A stretch of 64,000 nt of DNA from Candidatus Yonathbacteria bacterium RIFCSPLOWO2_01_FULL_43_27 (GCA_001823545.1 MHUV01000003.1:6718-70717); one strand, 5' to 3'; positions 49,772-60,518 are shown, numbered from the stretch's first letter. A program made the numbers and translations. Notes: a model not told the origin generated them from the sequence alone.

Positions 49772-51766
49772 TTACTCACCCGTATACAGCGGATTGCACT
49801 TTAAGCAAATACCGAGCTCTTCAAGACGATTAAGGTATTTTATAATCGTTGCAACGTATTCAGAATGGCTCCACGTGAGGGGTGCTGCCGAAAGTTGAGC
49901 ACCTGTGTGAGGATGAATCTGTTCTGAAAGAACTCCAGATGATGTCGCATATTTTGTTGCCCACGCAAGCCATTTATGCACCTCACCAAAATCAGACTCC
50001 TTTTTAGCACGTTCGATATAGTATTGTGCAAGCCAAAGTGTCGTAATGAACCACGGATTTCCAGGCACATCCTCAATTGATCGATAATAGCGGTCACCTT
50101 CATACCTCACAACACCAGAAACCCCCGTCTTGCACACAAGACGATTTTCTACATTTTTAATCGTCTGTACAAGACGAGGATCATCAACAGACAGTACCCC
50201 AAACGCAAACACTCCATATACGCTCGACATATCCAATGTATGATCGTACACGATGGTTCCCTCGTCGGTAATATTTATCATTTTTACAAAGAAACCCTGC
50301 GATTCATCATAGAGATACATTAAAATTGCTTCTCGAATTTCATTTGCAGCAACGGTATACGCGTGCTCACTTTTTTCTTTGCCAAGTAATTTTGCAAATT
50401 TAGCCGCCGCAATGAGCGCACCATACACCGACGCGGAGGTGAAGGTATGAATACCAAATTTTTCTTCCCACAAGTCATACGATGCCTTTGGTAGACGAGT
50501 TTTTTGATCACGATACTCCACCATAAAATCAGCAGCCTGTTTAATGAGCGTGTCGTACACACGTTCAATAAACTCAAGATCACGCGACTGCTCATAATGC
50601 TTCCAGAGCGCGAGAAGCACGAGGGCTGTTTCGTCTTCCTGAATAGGGAATTCAATTTTTCCATTTCGAACCCATGGATGCCACGAGCTTCCCAACGATT
50701 CATCGGGACGATATTTGTGCATAAAATACCCGCCGTCAGTGATAACATGACTACAAAATTCAAAAAAACGTTCTGCAACGTTATGCTCGCCGGTTATATC
50801 AAACGACTGTGCAGAAAACGCACCATCACGAGGCCACATATAGCAGTACGTATCACGACCATCTTGGAGCATATCGGAATCAGATGATGCAATAATAGCA
50901 CCACGGTTGTCAGCGTGGGTACGCATAACGAGGAGCGAACGTTTAAAAAGGGTGATCTCACTTTGGGTTAACCCATAGAAACTATAATTATATTTACTAA
51001 CCCACGCACGCCAATAATCCTTGGTAGTCCGCACCAGATGTTCAGGTTTCTTTAATAAAACATAATTATTAAGGCCAAGTGCTTCTTTGATAGACTTAGC
51101 AATAGCCATCCAGTAGTAAACCGTTTTTTCTTCATTCGGCTGAAGCTCTACATAAAAACCGATTACCGAATCTGTTGGCCCATGTTCAATATGATTTTTT
51201 GACAACAACCCATCTTCAGCATCTTTATAGCTTCCTTCCCTGCCCTCTATTTTAAAAATACCTGTTGTGTAATCATCGAATCCTCCTGCCCCAGATGCGC
51301 CATTGATAAGGAATACACGCTTGCCATTATAGTGAACAATCACATTGTGAACAGGGTCGTAATACGCCGTATCGCCACGATGGGATTCATATATTTCGAA
51401 TTCGTGATTAAAGAAAAGCTTTACCGTGCGTGCACGATCGCTTTTGTTTTGAATCGTCACCGCGCGTAGAAAAATATTTTTTTCATTATAAACAGTATCT
51501 GACAATGATAAAGTCACGCCGAGTGCATTGTTTTCTGCGGTTGTTTCGCCAACGAGAGAATCTTTTGTAAGCGTCGTGTTGATATTCCAGTTTGGATGTC
51601 CGAACCAATTGAGTTGATGGTCCACAAACACACCGACACGATGCGTGTAGTGCCCACCGAGATGATTTTCAAGACCAATGTAGGGAAAGTAGAGGTCACG
51701 CACCTGCGCATACTTATCCATACCAACGAGCATGTTCCCATTGCCGAGCGTGAGAGATTTTGGCAT
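49772..51766 (-). CDS. Glycoside hydrolase family 15 (glucoamylase-like)
   Basis: GAIIAS, YMWPRDG, QEDET, DLWEE, LSEQ, PLTWSH. Confidence 0.93.
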   Translation of the reverse strand: MPKSLTLGNGNMLVGMDKYAQVRDLYFPYIGLENHLGGHYTHRVGVFVDHQLNWFGHPNWNINTTLTKDSLVGETTAENNALGVTLSLSDTVYNEKNIFLRAVTIQNKSDRARTVKLFFNHEFEIYESHRGDTAYYDPVHNVIVHYNGKRVFLINGASGAGGFDDYTTGIFKIEGREGSYKDAEDGLLSKNHIEHGPTDSVIGFYVELQPNEEKTVYYWMAIAKSIKEALGLNNYVLLKKPEHLVRTTKDYWRAWVSKYNYSFYGLTQSEITLFKRSLLVMRTHADNRGAIIASSDSDMLQDGRDTYCYMWPRDGAFSAQSFDITGEHNVAERFFEFCSHVITDGGYFMHKYRPDESLGSSWHPWVRNGKIEFPIQEDETALVLLALWKHYEQSRDLEFIERVYDTLIKQAADFMVEYRDQKTRLPKASYDLWEEKFGIHTFTSASVYGALIAAAKFAKLLGKEKSEHAYTVAANEIREAILMYLYDESQGFFVKMINITDEGTIVYDHTLDMSSVYGVFAFGVLSVDDPRLVQTIKNVENRLVCKTGVSGVVRYEGDRYYRSIEDVPGNPWFITTLWLAQYYIERAKKESDFGEVHKWLAWATKYATSSGVLSEQIHPHTGAQLSAAPLTWSHSEYVATIIKYLNRLEELGICLKCNPLYTGE

Positions 51767-51795
51767 GCAATAATTATACTAGATAAAAAAATAAA

Positions 51796-51898
51796 TAGAA
51801 GCGGTATTTATCCTGTGGCAGGTCCCCGAACAAAAAAGATTACATTCTTTTGTCTTTGCCAACGACGCAAATTTACTAATTCGTCTACGTCGCTCATA
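51796..51898 (+). repeat. Divergent copy of MITE-like family
   Basis: TAGAAGCGGTATTTA...TCTACGTCGCTCATA; same ends as other copies, different interior. Confidence 0.72.
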
Positions 51899-51955
51899 AC
51901 AAAAAAATAACCCGTACCAAAACATCGGTACGGGTTATTATGCAAACAAGAAAAC

Positions 51956-52639
51956 TTACCTTAAGTACGTAAACGACAGCAGAACGCCGAGCATTATATA
52001 CAGCACGATGCTCGCGATCCAGTATTTCATTCCCTTTTCTTTTTTTTCCTGCCGTCCGATGACATACACTGTCGGAGCGATAGATATAGCGAACAAAAAA
52101 GTAGAAAGAAAAGGGGCGACGGGCTTGATGGCCAACAAAGAAAACACCAGTCCCAAAACAGCTGCCACCGAAGCACACACATCGTATATAGGTGCTTCAA
52201 AACGAGGATGCCTCATGTTCAACAAAAACGTTGCCATAAACGCGAGGATCCACCAGACAATGAACGGACTGAAGACGACCGAACTCGAAAGAACCGTCGG
52301 ATCATTGATCATCTTGACCTCCTTATTGTCCAGATAGTAAACAACGCCACTATACGCAACGAGGTCTCTCTTGAGACCGAAAAGACTTATCATTCCCTTA
52401 GGAACTTCACGAGTCAACACGGGAATAAATTCCCCAGGAGACTTGATCGCCTTTTTTATGCTATCAATATACCTTTGTGCTTCATCGGTGATATTGATGC
52501 CCGCAGATTCCCAATGGTCAGCGCTGACCGCATAGCGGTATTCACCACGTTGTTTCATTTCTACTGCAATTTGGGCAAAAGCAGAATTCCCAATACAGCC
52601 CACGAGAAGTGCGGTAAGTAGTACCACAAACACCTTCAT
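51956..52639 (-). CDS. Hypothetical exported/membrane protein (SD-type cassette)
   Basis: Signal peptide plus four C-terminal TM segments; GAGGAGG SD; hairpin 51905-51940. Confidence 0.72.
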   Translation of the reverse strand: MKVFVVLLTALLVGCIGNSAFAQIAVEMKQRGEYRYAVSADHWESAGINITDEAQRYIDSIKKAIKSPGEFIPVLTREVPKGMISLFGLKRDLVAYSGVVYYLDNKEVKMINDPTVLSSSVVFSPFIVWWILAFMATFLLNMRHPRFEAPIYDVCASVAAVLGLVFSLLAIKPVAPFLSTFLFAISIAPTVYVIGRQEKKEKGMKYWIASIVLYIMLGVLLSFTYLR

Positions 52640-52711
52640 TTATTACATTCCTCCTCTTTCTAATTTTTTAGAACCTCTATATATTGATATATCACACAAG
52701 AAATAAATTGT

Positions 52712-53992
52712 CTATTTTTTCTTTTTTACAACAGGTTTCTGTACTGATTTTGTAACCTTTTTTCCAGATTTTACGTTTGCCTTCATTCCGAGATCACTTT
52801 TTCGCGTCGTGCGTAATTTTAAATCCTGAAGTGCATTCATATACGCGATGAATGCTTCGTAAGGGGTGTTATAGGGATTAAAATATTTATGCACATCGCC
52901 ATCATTGAACCATTTGGTACACATATAATAAAAATGATCTGAAGTCTGCAAACGACGCCAGTCGTCAATAAGTTTTTCATCTCCAGACGCAAGGACATCC
53001 TCCTCGAGTTTATAGACCGTATCGAGCGCATCGTGTTGCATCGGGTTCGAGAGCCACGCAGAGAGATCACGCTCTACATCTGCCCATGACATAAAATGGT
53101 GTACGTCGAGCTCGGCAACCGTATCATAGCGCGCCACCGCTTCAGATGGCGTCACAAAATCATTATCGGGATGTTTGTAAATCTCTTCTGGCAAATGACG
53201 AAGGAAATTAAAAATGCCCGTGTCCTCCCACTGATGTTCTCCAAATGTCTCGTAGTCCATAAAGAGATTGATTACATTCCCGTTGCCGTTAACTTGCGAT
53301 GCCCACTCTGCAAACTTTGGTGCGGTAAGAGGAAAATCTGCCCAATCTCTTGAAGAAAAACGAAACGCAATATCATCCGAAAGACGATAATTTTTCAGAA
53401 GAAGCTTAAGTTTTTTTGTTCCTTGGGGACGATAGAGGAAGTTGGGACTTCGCCAACCAAGCACATGATCAGCGCCTTCGGCAATGATCCCCTTGTACCC
53501 CATCTTCTCAACCTCGTGTGCGAGCGCGTTGTTGTAAATAAGTTCAGTATTACGAAAAATAGTTGGCGTGACACCAAAAAGTTTTTTGACTTTTTCACGA
53601 TGGAGTGCAACCTGACGACGAAACTCCTCGGGAGAATACAAAAATGAAAGTGAATGATAATACGTTTCTTCAAGTACTTCTACGCGACCCGTTGCCACGA
53701 GCTTTTGAAAAGACTTCAGTGTTTCAGGGCTAAACATTTCCAACTGTTCCAAAAACACACCAGAAAATGAAAAACTCGCTTTAAACTCAGGATGCTTATT
53801 GAGAAGTTCAAGAATCACCGCATTTGCAGGAAGGTAGCATTTCCCTGCTACTTTTTCGAGAATTTTCTTGTTGTTGATTGAACGTTCTGAGTTGTCGTTG
53901 AAATATTCGCTATCGTTTCCAATATCAAATACGCGATAGTCTTTTACGCGGAACGGCTGATGTACTTGGAAATAAAAACAGATTGACGCCAT
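52712..53992 (-). CDS. Glycoside hydrolase family 57 (alpha-amylase)
   Basis: FQVHQP, ETYYHSL, FRNTEL, MDYETFGEH, LQTSDHFYY; start MASICF. Confidence 0.94.
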   Translation of the reverse strand: MASICFYFQVHQPFRVKDYRVFDIGNDSEYFNDNSERSINNKKILEKVAGKCYLPANAVILELLNKHPEFKASFSFSGVFLEQLEMFSPETLKSFQKLVATGRVEVLEETYYHSLSFLYSPEEFRRQVALHREKVKKLFGVTPTIFRNTELIYNNALAHEVEKMGYKGIIAEGADHVLGWRSPNFLYRPQGTKKLKLLLKNYRLSDDIAFRFSSRDWADFPLTAPKFAEWASQVNGNGNVINLFMDYETFGEHQWEDTGIFNFLRHLPEEIYKHPDNDFVTPSEAVARYDTVAELDVHHFMSWADVERDLSAWLSNPMQHDALDTVYKLEEDVLASGDEKLIDDWRRLQTSDHFYYMCTKWFNDGDVHKYFNPYNTPYEAFIAYMNALQDLKLRTTRKSDLGMKANVKSGKKVTKSVQKPVVKKKK

Positions 53993-54080
53993 AGTCTTTA
54001 GTATACCACGCATAAAAAATTACAAAACAAAATGCCGAGAGTCGTCAGAGACCCTCGGCATGAAATTTCCTTCTCGCTTA

Positions 54081-54608
54081 CTACCATGGAAAATAGAGCA
54101 CCTCAGGAAATTCAAAATGCTCAAGGACGTCCCTTTCAGTGATGCTCTTTTTGCCTCTTTCTTTCATTTTCTTGGCAAAAGTACTATGCGTTCTTACAAA
54201 CGGTGCATCAGTCATAATGTAGTGCTTTAACGAAAGAAACGTCCTCAATTCTTCATAGGTAACAATTCCGCTCTTTTCAGAAACTTTTACACATAAAGAA
54301 TCTCCCTCATCGAAGCATGTCGCTTCAATGGTTGAGTGTGACCAAAAAGTTCCTGCGATCCTCTCGTTAAAACACGACCTCACGATCGGGTCACGGGGTA
54401 TCTGTGGCAACTCTCGTGCCACAATAGAACAGGACAGGGGTTTATCTCCAAAAAACTTCGATGTAGTTATGGAGATTTTACTGCCTACCAACTCAAAGAA
54501 CGGAGGAAAGTTAGAGAGACTGATTGGACGCCCTCCCTCCTTGATGCTTACGAAGTATTTCATGCCGTTCGTACTTACGACAGTGAACCGTACATTCAAT
54601 CTTTTCAT
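54081..54608 (-). CDS. Hypothetical protein (SD-type cassette)
   Basis: AAGGAGGAGG SD; hairpin 54032-54061 downstream. Confidence 0.7.
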   Translation of the reverse strand: MKRLNVRFTVVSTNGMKYFVSIKEGGRPISLSNFPPFFELVGSKISITTSKFFGDKPLSCSIVARELPQIPRDPIVRSCFNERIAGTFWSHSTIEATCFDEGDSLCVKVSEKSGIVTYEELRTFLSLKHYIMTDAPFVRTHSTFAKKMKERGKKSITERDVLEHFEFPEVLYFPW

Positions 54609-54688
54609 GTCCTCCTCCTTTTATAAGGTTGTTAGAAGCTGTATCTTCTAACAAGTTATCACACTATGTAATATTTGCAACACAGAAC

Positions 54689-55897
54689 TTACATCCCCCC
54701 GCACAACACCCGCGCATAGTAATCAATACACTTCTTGCTCGCGGTATCCCACGTTACCTTTTTTACTTCTTCACGACTATTCCCCCAAAGTGTCTGCCAC
54801 AAAGAACGGTGTGATACGACACCTAGGATTTTATTTGCCATATCTTCGGTATCCCAAAAGTCTGTCTTGAGTGCGTGTGTTAGAACTTCTGACACTCCTG
54901 ATTGTTTTGAAATAAGCACCGGTGCACCTGCAATGATTGACTCTAAGGGGGTGATACCAAATGGTTCTGAAACAGATGGCATTACAAAAAGGTCTGCTGC
55001 TTTGTATACCGCATTAAGATCATTTCCTCGCAAGAATCCTACAAAAATTACGCGATCGGAAATACCAAGATGCGCTGCCTCGAGCATTATCTGGCGCTCC
55101 ATATCGCCACTCCCCGCAACCAAAAACAAAACGTTGGGATTATGTTCGAGTACGCGCTGTGCCGCGCGAATAAAATACTCTGGACCTTTTTGTATCGTAA
55201 TCCTTCCCGCAAAAAGTACAATCTTTTGCCCACTTCTTTTAATTTCCATCAAACGTTCCGGAATGTCTGCGTAATCACATTCATCAATACCGTTATGGAT
55301 TACTTCAATTTTATGTGCGGGAATACCGTAGTGCTCTACGATCTTTTGTTTGGTAAAGTTACTCACCGCGATGATACCGTCTGCTTGTTCCATCGCCGAG
55401 CGCTCGATATCATACACCTCCTGATTGACCCCCTGCCCTCCCGTGCGATCAAACTCCGTAGCGTGCATATGAAGGATGAGCGGTTTCCCTGAAACCCGCT
55501 TTGCCTCAAGTCCCGCAAGAAACGAGAGCCAATCATGTGCGTGGATGACATCAAAATGTTCTTTTTTCGCTATTTCACGCGCTCGAAGCGCATAGCGACG
55601 AACTTCTTGGAGAAGAGTGTTACCGTAAATATCACGCAAAAATGCATCTCGTTCGCGAATGTACCCCTCAGAGGTAACGTACGGTTTGAGCGACGATGCA
55701 ACTTCATGGAAAGTCACCCGACGTTCGTCTGCAAAGACCATTTTTGCATATGATGATGAAACACCAACTTTTTTAGGGAGTACAAAGATAACTTCTATGT
55801 TACGTCCTGCGAGTGCACGTGTAAGGCCAAAACACGCGGTACCTAAGCCGCCGCTGTTATGTGGAGGAAATTCCCACCCGAACATGAGTACGCGCAT
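54689..55897 (-). CDS. GT4 glycosyltransferase (glycogen synthase-like)
   Basis: GWEFPPHNSGGLG, HAHDW, HATEFDR, SEPFGITPLE. Confidence 0.94.
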   Translation of the reverse strand: MRVLMFGWEFPPHNSGGLGTACFGLTRALAGRNIEVIFVLPKKVGVSSSYAKMVFADERRVTFHEVASSLKPYVTSEGYIRERDAFLRDIYGNTLLQEVRRYALRAREIAKKEHFDVIHAHDWLSFLAGLEAKRVSGKPLILHMHATEFDRTGGQGVNQEVYDIERSAMEQADGIIAVSNFTKQKIVEHYGIPAHKIEVIHNGIDECDYADIPERLMEIKRSGQKIVLFAGRITIQKGPEYFIRAAQRVLEHNPNVLFLVAGSGDMERQIMLEAAHLGISDRVIFVGFLRGNDLNAVYKAADLFVMPSVSEPFGITPLESIIAGAPVLISKQSGVSEVLTHALKTDFWDTEDMANKILGVVSHRSLWQTLWGNSREEVKKVTWDTASKKCIDYYARVLCGGM

Positions 55898-56052
55898 ATT
55901 AATAATGTAAAAGTGTTATTGCTAATTGTAGCATATGTGTGCAAAGAAAAAATAAATAGAACGTGTGGAAAACGCATCGTACTCACCATCAATACACAAC
56001 ACAAAGGTGGTATACTCATAACAAGGTCATAGAACCCCTAAAAAATTAAACT

Positions 56053-56244
56053 ATGTTGAACAATCATATTTATAATTTACTCCTTCAGGCAACCGAAGAA
56101 CATAAAAGTCTCTGGCGTATTAAAAGTAACTACCACGATGACGCAAAAGACTGCGCGGAGTGTTCGGTGTTTTGGGAAAAGCTCGCGAAAGACAAGGAAC
56201 AACATGTGGCAGAAATTGAAGAAATGATTAAGAAGCACTTATAG
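56053..56244 (+). CDS. Small conserved hypothetical protein (half-ferritin-like)
   Basis: NHIYNLLLQ..EEHKSLWRI..Y..DA..C..C..FW..L..DKEQH. Confidence 0.72.
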   Translation: MLNNHIYNLLLQATEEHKSLWRIKSNYHDDAKDCAECSVFWEKLAKDKEQHVAEIEEMIKKHL

Positions 56245-56338
56245 AGAATTTTATTTGTCGAGCACGTTAAAATATCCGCAAACACAGCATTTGCGGAGTA
56301 TTTGCATTTTTATACAAAATATGTTATAATTGTACTCA

Positions 56339-57058
56339 ATGAAACAAGAACCTCTTATCTATCCTGTACGCCTCAACCGATACCTCGCCCACAAGGGGCT
56401 CGCAACACGTCGCGGTGCTGATGAACTTATTGAAAAGAAACTCGTAACTATCAATGGCACGGTTGCAAAACTCGGCGATAAAATTAACGAGAAAGATGTT
56501 GTGATCGTAGCTCCATCTGTACTTGCTAGCATCTCAAAGCAGTATCGCTATATCGCCTACCACAAACCGTGTGGTGTTTCCACAGATGTTCAACCAGGAT
56601 CACAGTCAATCTCTTCTGAACTTCCAGCACTTCGCGGTCTCTTCCCTCTTGGTCGCCTCGACAAAGCATCACACGGACTTATTATCCTTACCAACGATGG
56701 GCGCCTGACCGAACGTCTTCTTCATCCTTCGCACCATCACGAAAAGGAATACCTCGTGCGTGTTGATAAGCCTATTACGGATTCATTCATTCGCCATCTT
56801 GAACATGGTATTCTCATTGAAGGATATAAAACAAAACAAGCAAAGGCGCGACGCTCTGGCGAAACTATTTTTTACATTACGATTGTCGAAGGCAAGAAGC
56901 ACCAGATCCGCCGTATGTGCACCGCTGAGGGATACCAAGTCAAGGACCTCAACCGTGTGCGTGTGATGAACATCAAACTCGGTACCCTCAAAGAGGGTGC
57001 TTATCGATCTATTGAAAAAGACGAACTCTCAACGTTCCTCAAAAACATCGGGCTTTAG
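56339..57058 (+). CDS. rRNA pseudouridine synthase (RsuA/RluB/RluF family)
   Basis: S4 domain RLNRYLA..G..TRRGAD; GRLDKASHGL; EGKKHQIRRM. Confidence 0.94.
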   Translation: MKQEPLIYPVRLNRYLAHKGLATRRGADELIEKKLVTINGTVAKLGDKINEKDVVIVAPSVLASISKQYRYIAYHKPCGVSTDVQPGSQSISSELPALRGLFPLGRLDKASHGLIILTNDGRLTERLLHPSHHHEKEYLVRVDKPITDSFIRHLEHGILIEGYKTKQAKARRSGETIFYITIVEGKKHQIRRMCTAEGYQVKDLNRVRVMNIKLGTLKEGAYRSIEKDELSTFLKNIGL

Positions 57059-57074
57059 AATACAAGAAGAGAAT

Positions 57075-57719
57075 TTAAACGAAAATCGCAAGAAGTTTTG
57101 TCGGATCCCCGTCAGGAATTTCGTAATCAAATTTTTTACCAAGGTCTTTCTTTTGATTAAAAGCAACATACCCTCCTACGCGCTCAATTACGGGCACTTG
57201 AGTAATTGAATTTGCAACAATCGCGATGTCGCTAGGTGTTACAGAAAAAGTTTCGGCGAGAGCTTGGATCGCGTCTCCTTTGTCGTAACGATTAAACTCC
57301 TGCACCAGATTTCCTGTCACCATATCATTCTCATACTCAAATACTGTCCCTTGTGCAAAATCAAAGTCATATATTTCCTCAAGCGCATCAACAACAAAAT
57401 CCGGATGCGCAGTCATAACACCCACAACATAACCACGACGCCTTAGCTCAAGAATTACCTCCTGAAATCGTGGACGAAGATATTCTGAAAGATATTTAAC
57501 GGTGAGAGCGGTAATCTTTTCTTTTTCAACTCCACGAAAAAGTTCTGCGTACTGTGCAAGCCCCCATGGCCCTACTTCCTTCCTTTTTTCATATTCCTCC
57601 TGAATCATCCGTGCATCGTGCTCTTTTCCCAACACACACAAGATATCAAACATAGGATTACTACCATCCTTAAGAAGAATTCCTCCGACTCCAAAAATAA
57701 TTATCTTTGGTTTTTTCAT
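57075..57719 (-). CDS. SerB-like HAD-fold protein with degenerate catalytic motifs
   Basis: Motif I FGVGG in place of FDxDS/G; LRPRF, VMTA, KGDA; motif IV VANSITQ. Confidence 0.72.
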   Translation of the reverse strand: MKKPKIIIFGVGGILLKDGSNPMFDILCVLGKEHDARMIQEEYEKRKEVGPWGLAQYAELFRGVEKEKITALTVKYLSEYLRPRFQEVILELRRRGYVVGVMTAHPDFVVDALEEIYDFDFAQGTVFEYENDMVTGNLVQEFNRYDKGDAIQALAETFSVTPSDIAIVANSITQVPVIERVGGYVAFNQKKDLGKKFDYEIPDGDPTKLLAIFV

Positions 57720-57751
57720 AAGTTTATTTACGCACGTACCATCTCCTATTA

Positions 57752-58099
57752 CTAAAAGTGGTTTATCAAAAGAAGAATACCGATAATAGAGGTAACCACC
57801 ACGGTAAAAAGAACATACCCTGCCATCGTATCTTTTATCTTGCCAATCACCGGGTCAAAACTTGGTTCTATCTTGTTGCAAATGTCTTCAATTGCAGTAT
57901 TTACAATTTCCGCAGAAAGTACCGCGCCAATACACCCAAGCAGGATGACCCACTCAATAATTGAAAAGCGAAGAATGCCCGCACCTACGACCAAGACAAG
58001 TCCGATAACCAATTCGATACGAAAACTGAGTTCTTCGCGCCATACTGTGCGAAGTCCGTTCATTGCCCACCCAAAGCTCTTGATAAGTTTGTTCATCAT
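57752..58099 (-). CDS. dgkA: Diacylglycerol/undecaprenol kinase family protein
   Basis: SFGWAMNGL, EIVNTAIE, IKDTMAG. Confidence 0.9.
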   Translation of the reverse strand: MMNKLIKSFGWAMNGLRTVWREELSFRIELVIGLVLVVGAGILRFSIIEWVILLGCIGAVLSAEIVNTAIEDICNKIEPSFDPVIGKIKDTMAGYVLFTVVVTSIIGILLLINHF

Positions 58100-58151
58100 T
58101 AATAATAATACCAAAAACCACCTTCGAACAAAAGGTGGCTCTCGGTATGTT

Positions 58152-58313
58152 TATTAGCGACGTAGAGCGAGTGAAATGAGAAAGTAATCTTTCTTATTTC
58201 CGAGCCGAGAAGCCAATACAAGGGTATAATACCCCGCCCCTCTGGGGCGGTAAATGTGTGAGAAGCGAATACATTTTGACCGGGGCTTTGCCCCGGGGTA
58301 AATACCGCTTTTA
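58152..58313 (-). mobile_element. Two-ended copy of MITE-like family in reverse orientation
   Basis: Reverse complement of roughly 28831-28931 joined to 29069-29119, lacking the middle modules. Confidence 0.78.
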
Positions 58314-58326
58314 TCTATACTCGATA

Positions 58327-60120
58327 TTAATTCTCTTGTGTTTCAATTGGTTCAACAATCGATGATGGAGCGGTCGTCGGAGCAACAAACGTTCCTGTTT
58401 CTCCGGGTGGTGGTGGCATCACGGGAGGAGGATTCCACTCTCCAGAAGGCATAGTACTTCCTTCTTTATAAAACGGCATCTCGCCATCACGCGGTGGCAT
58501 ACCTTCATCACCTATCGGCGTACCATTATACGGTGGTGGTGGTGGCATGTTTCCATACTGAATATCTCTTTGCATATCAAAGGGTATCCCTTGCGCGCGA
58601 GGGTCCATCATTGGTCTGTCCTGATATTGAGGATCTATTAGTCTTCGTGGATCGAATTGAGGCCTTTCTCGTGGATGGAATAAAGATGAGGAAGTTCCCT
58701 GCCCTCCCTCAAATTTCGGAGGCATCATCTGCCCACGAAAATCCTGCGGTGGCATGTTTCCGCGCGGTCCTTCAAATTCACGCATACAAGTACTTACCGC
58801 TTGCCCGATAGCACCATCTTTACCGATCTGTGCAGTTCCTAATTCACGAAGAGCATCCTCGCCAACTTTATCTTTTACACATTCCTCAACCTGAGGAGGG
58901 AACATTTTTCCTTGGGGACGACCTTGCATAAAGGGCGCACCTCCACGAGGTGATGAAGTACTGCCCCCTTGTATGAACGGCACACCAAAACCTTCTCCGT
59001 CAGGACGCATCATTCCCGGGAATCCCATTCCTTGTGGCGCACCCTCTCTTTGTTCGTTCGGAGCACCTAAAACGCTTTCAAAACAACCGCGCATCTTCTC
59101 GCCAAAATCACGTTTGGGTGTTTGTCTGCCTGCGATCATTTGATCAAGAGCATCCTTCCCGACGACTCCCTCAAGACATTGTTTAATCTCGGCAGGTGCG
59201 TTCACAATCCCCTCTCTAAAACGCGTAAGACCCTCTTCCATCCGCGCTTTATCTTCAGGTCTGACAAGATCGTGTTCTTCAGCAAACTGCATACATTCGT
59301 CTTGATGTTCACTGCAGTATGTGTCGCATTGTTCCTTACCACGACATCCGCCAGGACCTTTACCACCAGTCTTTTTGATCATCTCTAAATCTGAGGGTGG
59401 AATGAGGTCATTCTCCTCACCGAATTTCAAACACTTCTCCATTATTTCATCACTTACAGGGTTCTCACATTGCTTAAAATCTTTCGGTGATTTGAAGGGT
59501 GCCTTTCCTTCTTCAATAAGTTTAAAAACCTTCTCGGCCTGAGCTCGGTCAACATGTGGAGGTAATAACCCCGCCTTTTCTGCAAACGCAAAACATGCAC
59601 GCGCAATGCCAACATTTTTTGGTTCTTCGCACATTTGTTTACACGACTCACCACTTGTACATCCTTCAGGTAGCGCCACACCACCCGCGAGTGCCTTCAC
59701 TACTTTTTCCGCTTCTTCAAGCTCCTGCCCTTTAAGAAGTCCGTGTGATTTACCGTACGTGACACATTCATTCATATTCTCCGGAGTGTCACAATAAGTA
59801 CGACAGCTTTTCTCCGGATCAGCCGTATTCGTCGCGCAATTACCAGGACCACCATCTTTCATGGCGATCTCTTTGCGGTCCATGCGCTCTTTTTGTTTCT
59901 CTTTTGCACTACCGACACCGTACGAGGCGGCAAAATCTTCACATGCATTTTGATGTTCGGAGACATCACAATATGCTTTACATGAAGTTTTGTCGGTACA
60001 TCCCCCAAGTTCAGTAATCGGGTACTCTATATCGAAAATAGATTTTGCGTATGCTGTCGTGGCGAACGCAGCAATCACGACAAACGAGCCAACAAACAAT
60101 TTATTTGAAAGGATTTTCAT
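58327..60120 (-). CDS. Secreted Cys-repeat protein with Pro/Gly/Met-rich tail
   Basis: Signal peptide; repeated (GPG)GC...C..YC......C..FA units; low-complexity C-terminus. Confidence 0.8.
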   Translation of the reverse strand: MKILSNKLFVGSFVVIAAFATTAYAKSIFDIEYPITELGGCTDKTSCKAYCDVSEHQNACEDFAASYGVGSAKEKQKERMDRKEIAMKDGGPGNCATNTADPEKSCRTYCDTPENMNECVTYGKSHGLLKGQELEEAEKVVKALAGGVALPEGCTSGESCKQMCEEPKNVGIARACFAFAEKAGLLPPHVDRAQAEKVFKLIEEGKAPFKSPKDFKQCENPVSDEIMEKCLKFGEENDLIPPSDLEMIKKTGGKGPGGCRGKEQCDTYCSEHQDECMQFAEEHDLVRPEDKARMEEGLTRFREGIVNAPAEIKQCLEGVVGKDALDQMIAGRQTPKRDFGEKMRGCFESVLGAPNEQREGAPQGMGFPGMMRPDGEGFGVPFIQGGSTSSPRGGAPFMQGRPQGKMFPPQVEECVKDKVGEDALRELGTAQIGKDGAIGQAVSTCMREFEGPRGNMPPQDFRGQMMPPKFEGGQGTSSSLFHPRERPQFDPRRLIDPQYQDRPMMDPRAQGIPFDMQRDIQYGNMPPPPPYNGTPIGDEGMPPRDGEMPFYKEGSTMPSGEWNPPPVMPPPPGETGTFVAPTTAPSSIVEPIETQEN

Positions 60121-60358
60121 ATTCGTTTTTGAAAGGATTAGTCTTTTCTAAAGGATTCACGGCAGGGACTGCAGCAGTGGCAGGATTGGTCTCTGGCGCA
60201 ACAGAAAGAGTATTTTCAACGACCTGTTCTATCGCTTGCGTGGTGTCGAGAGCTTGCTCTCTGGCTTGCTGTGTTGGACGCATAACCGTAAACCAGTACG
60301 CGACCCCAACGATTGCGATAAGGATTGCAACGATTTCTATAATCTTTTTTGTATTCAT
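60101..60358 (-). CDS. Small membrane-anchored hypothetical protein
   Basis: MNTKKIIE, TM, NPLEKTNPFKNEYENPFK; overlaps the next start. Confidence 0.7.
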   Translation of the reverse strand: MNTKKIIEIVAILIAIVGVAYWFTVMRPTQQAREQALDTTQAIEQVVENTLSVAPETNPATAAVPAVNPLEKTNPFKNEYENPFK

Positions 60359-60518
60359 ATTTTCATTAAAAGTGCTTGTGTCTAGTAATACCGTATATTG
60401 TATCGCCAATGCGGAAGATATGCGAGGATCGTTGTCCACACCCCACCACCCACCATCGGCAAAGTCATACAAGATGGTTGCATTTTTAGTGAATTTTAGT
60501 ATTATACCTATTACATAT

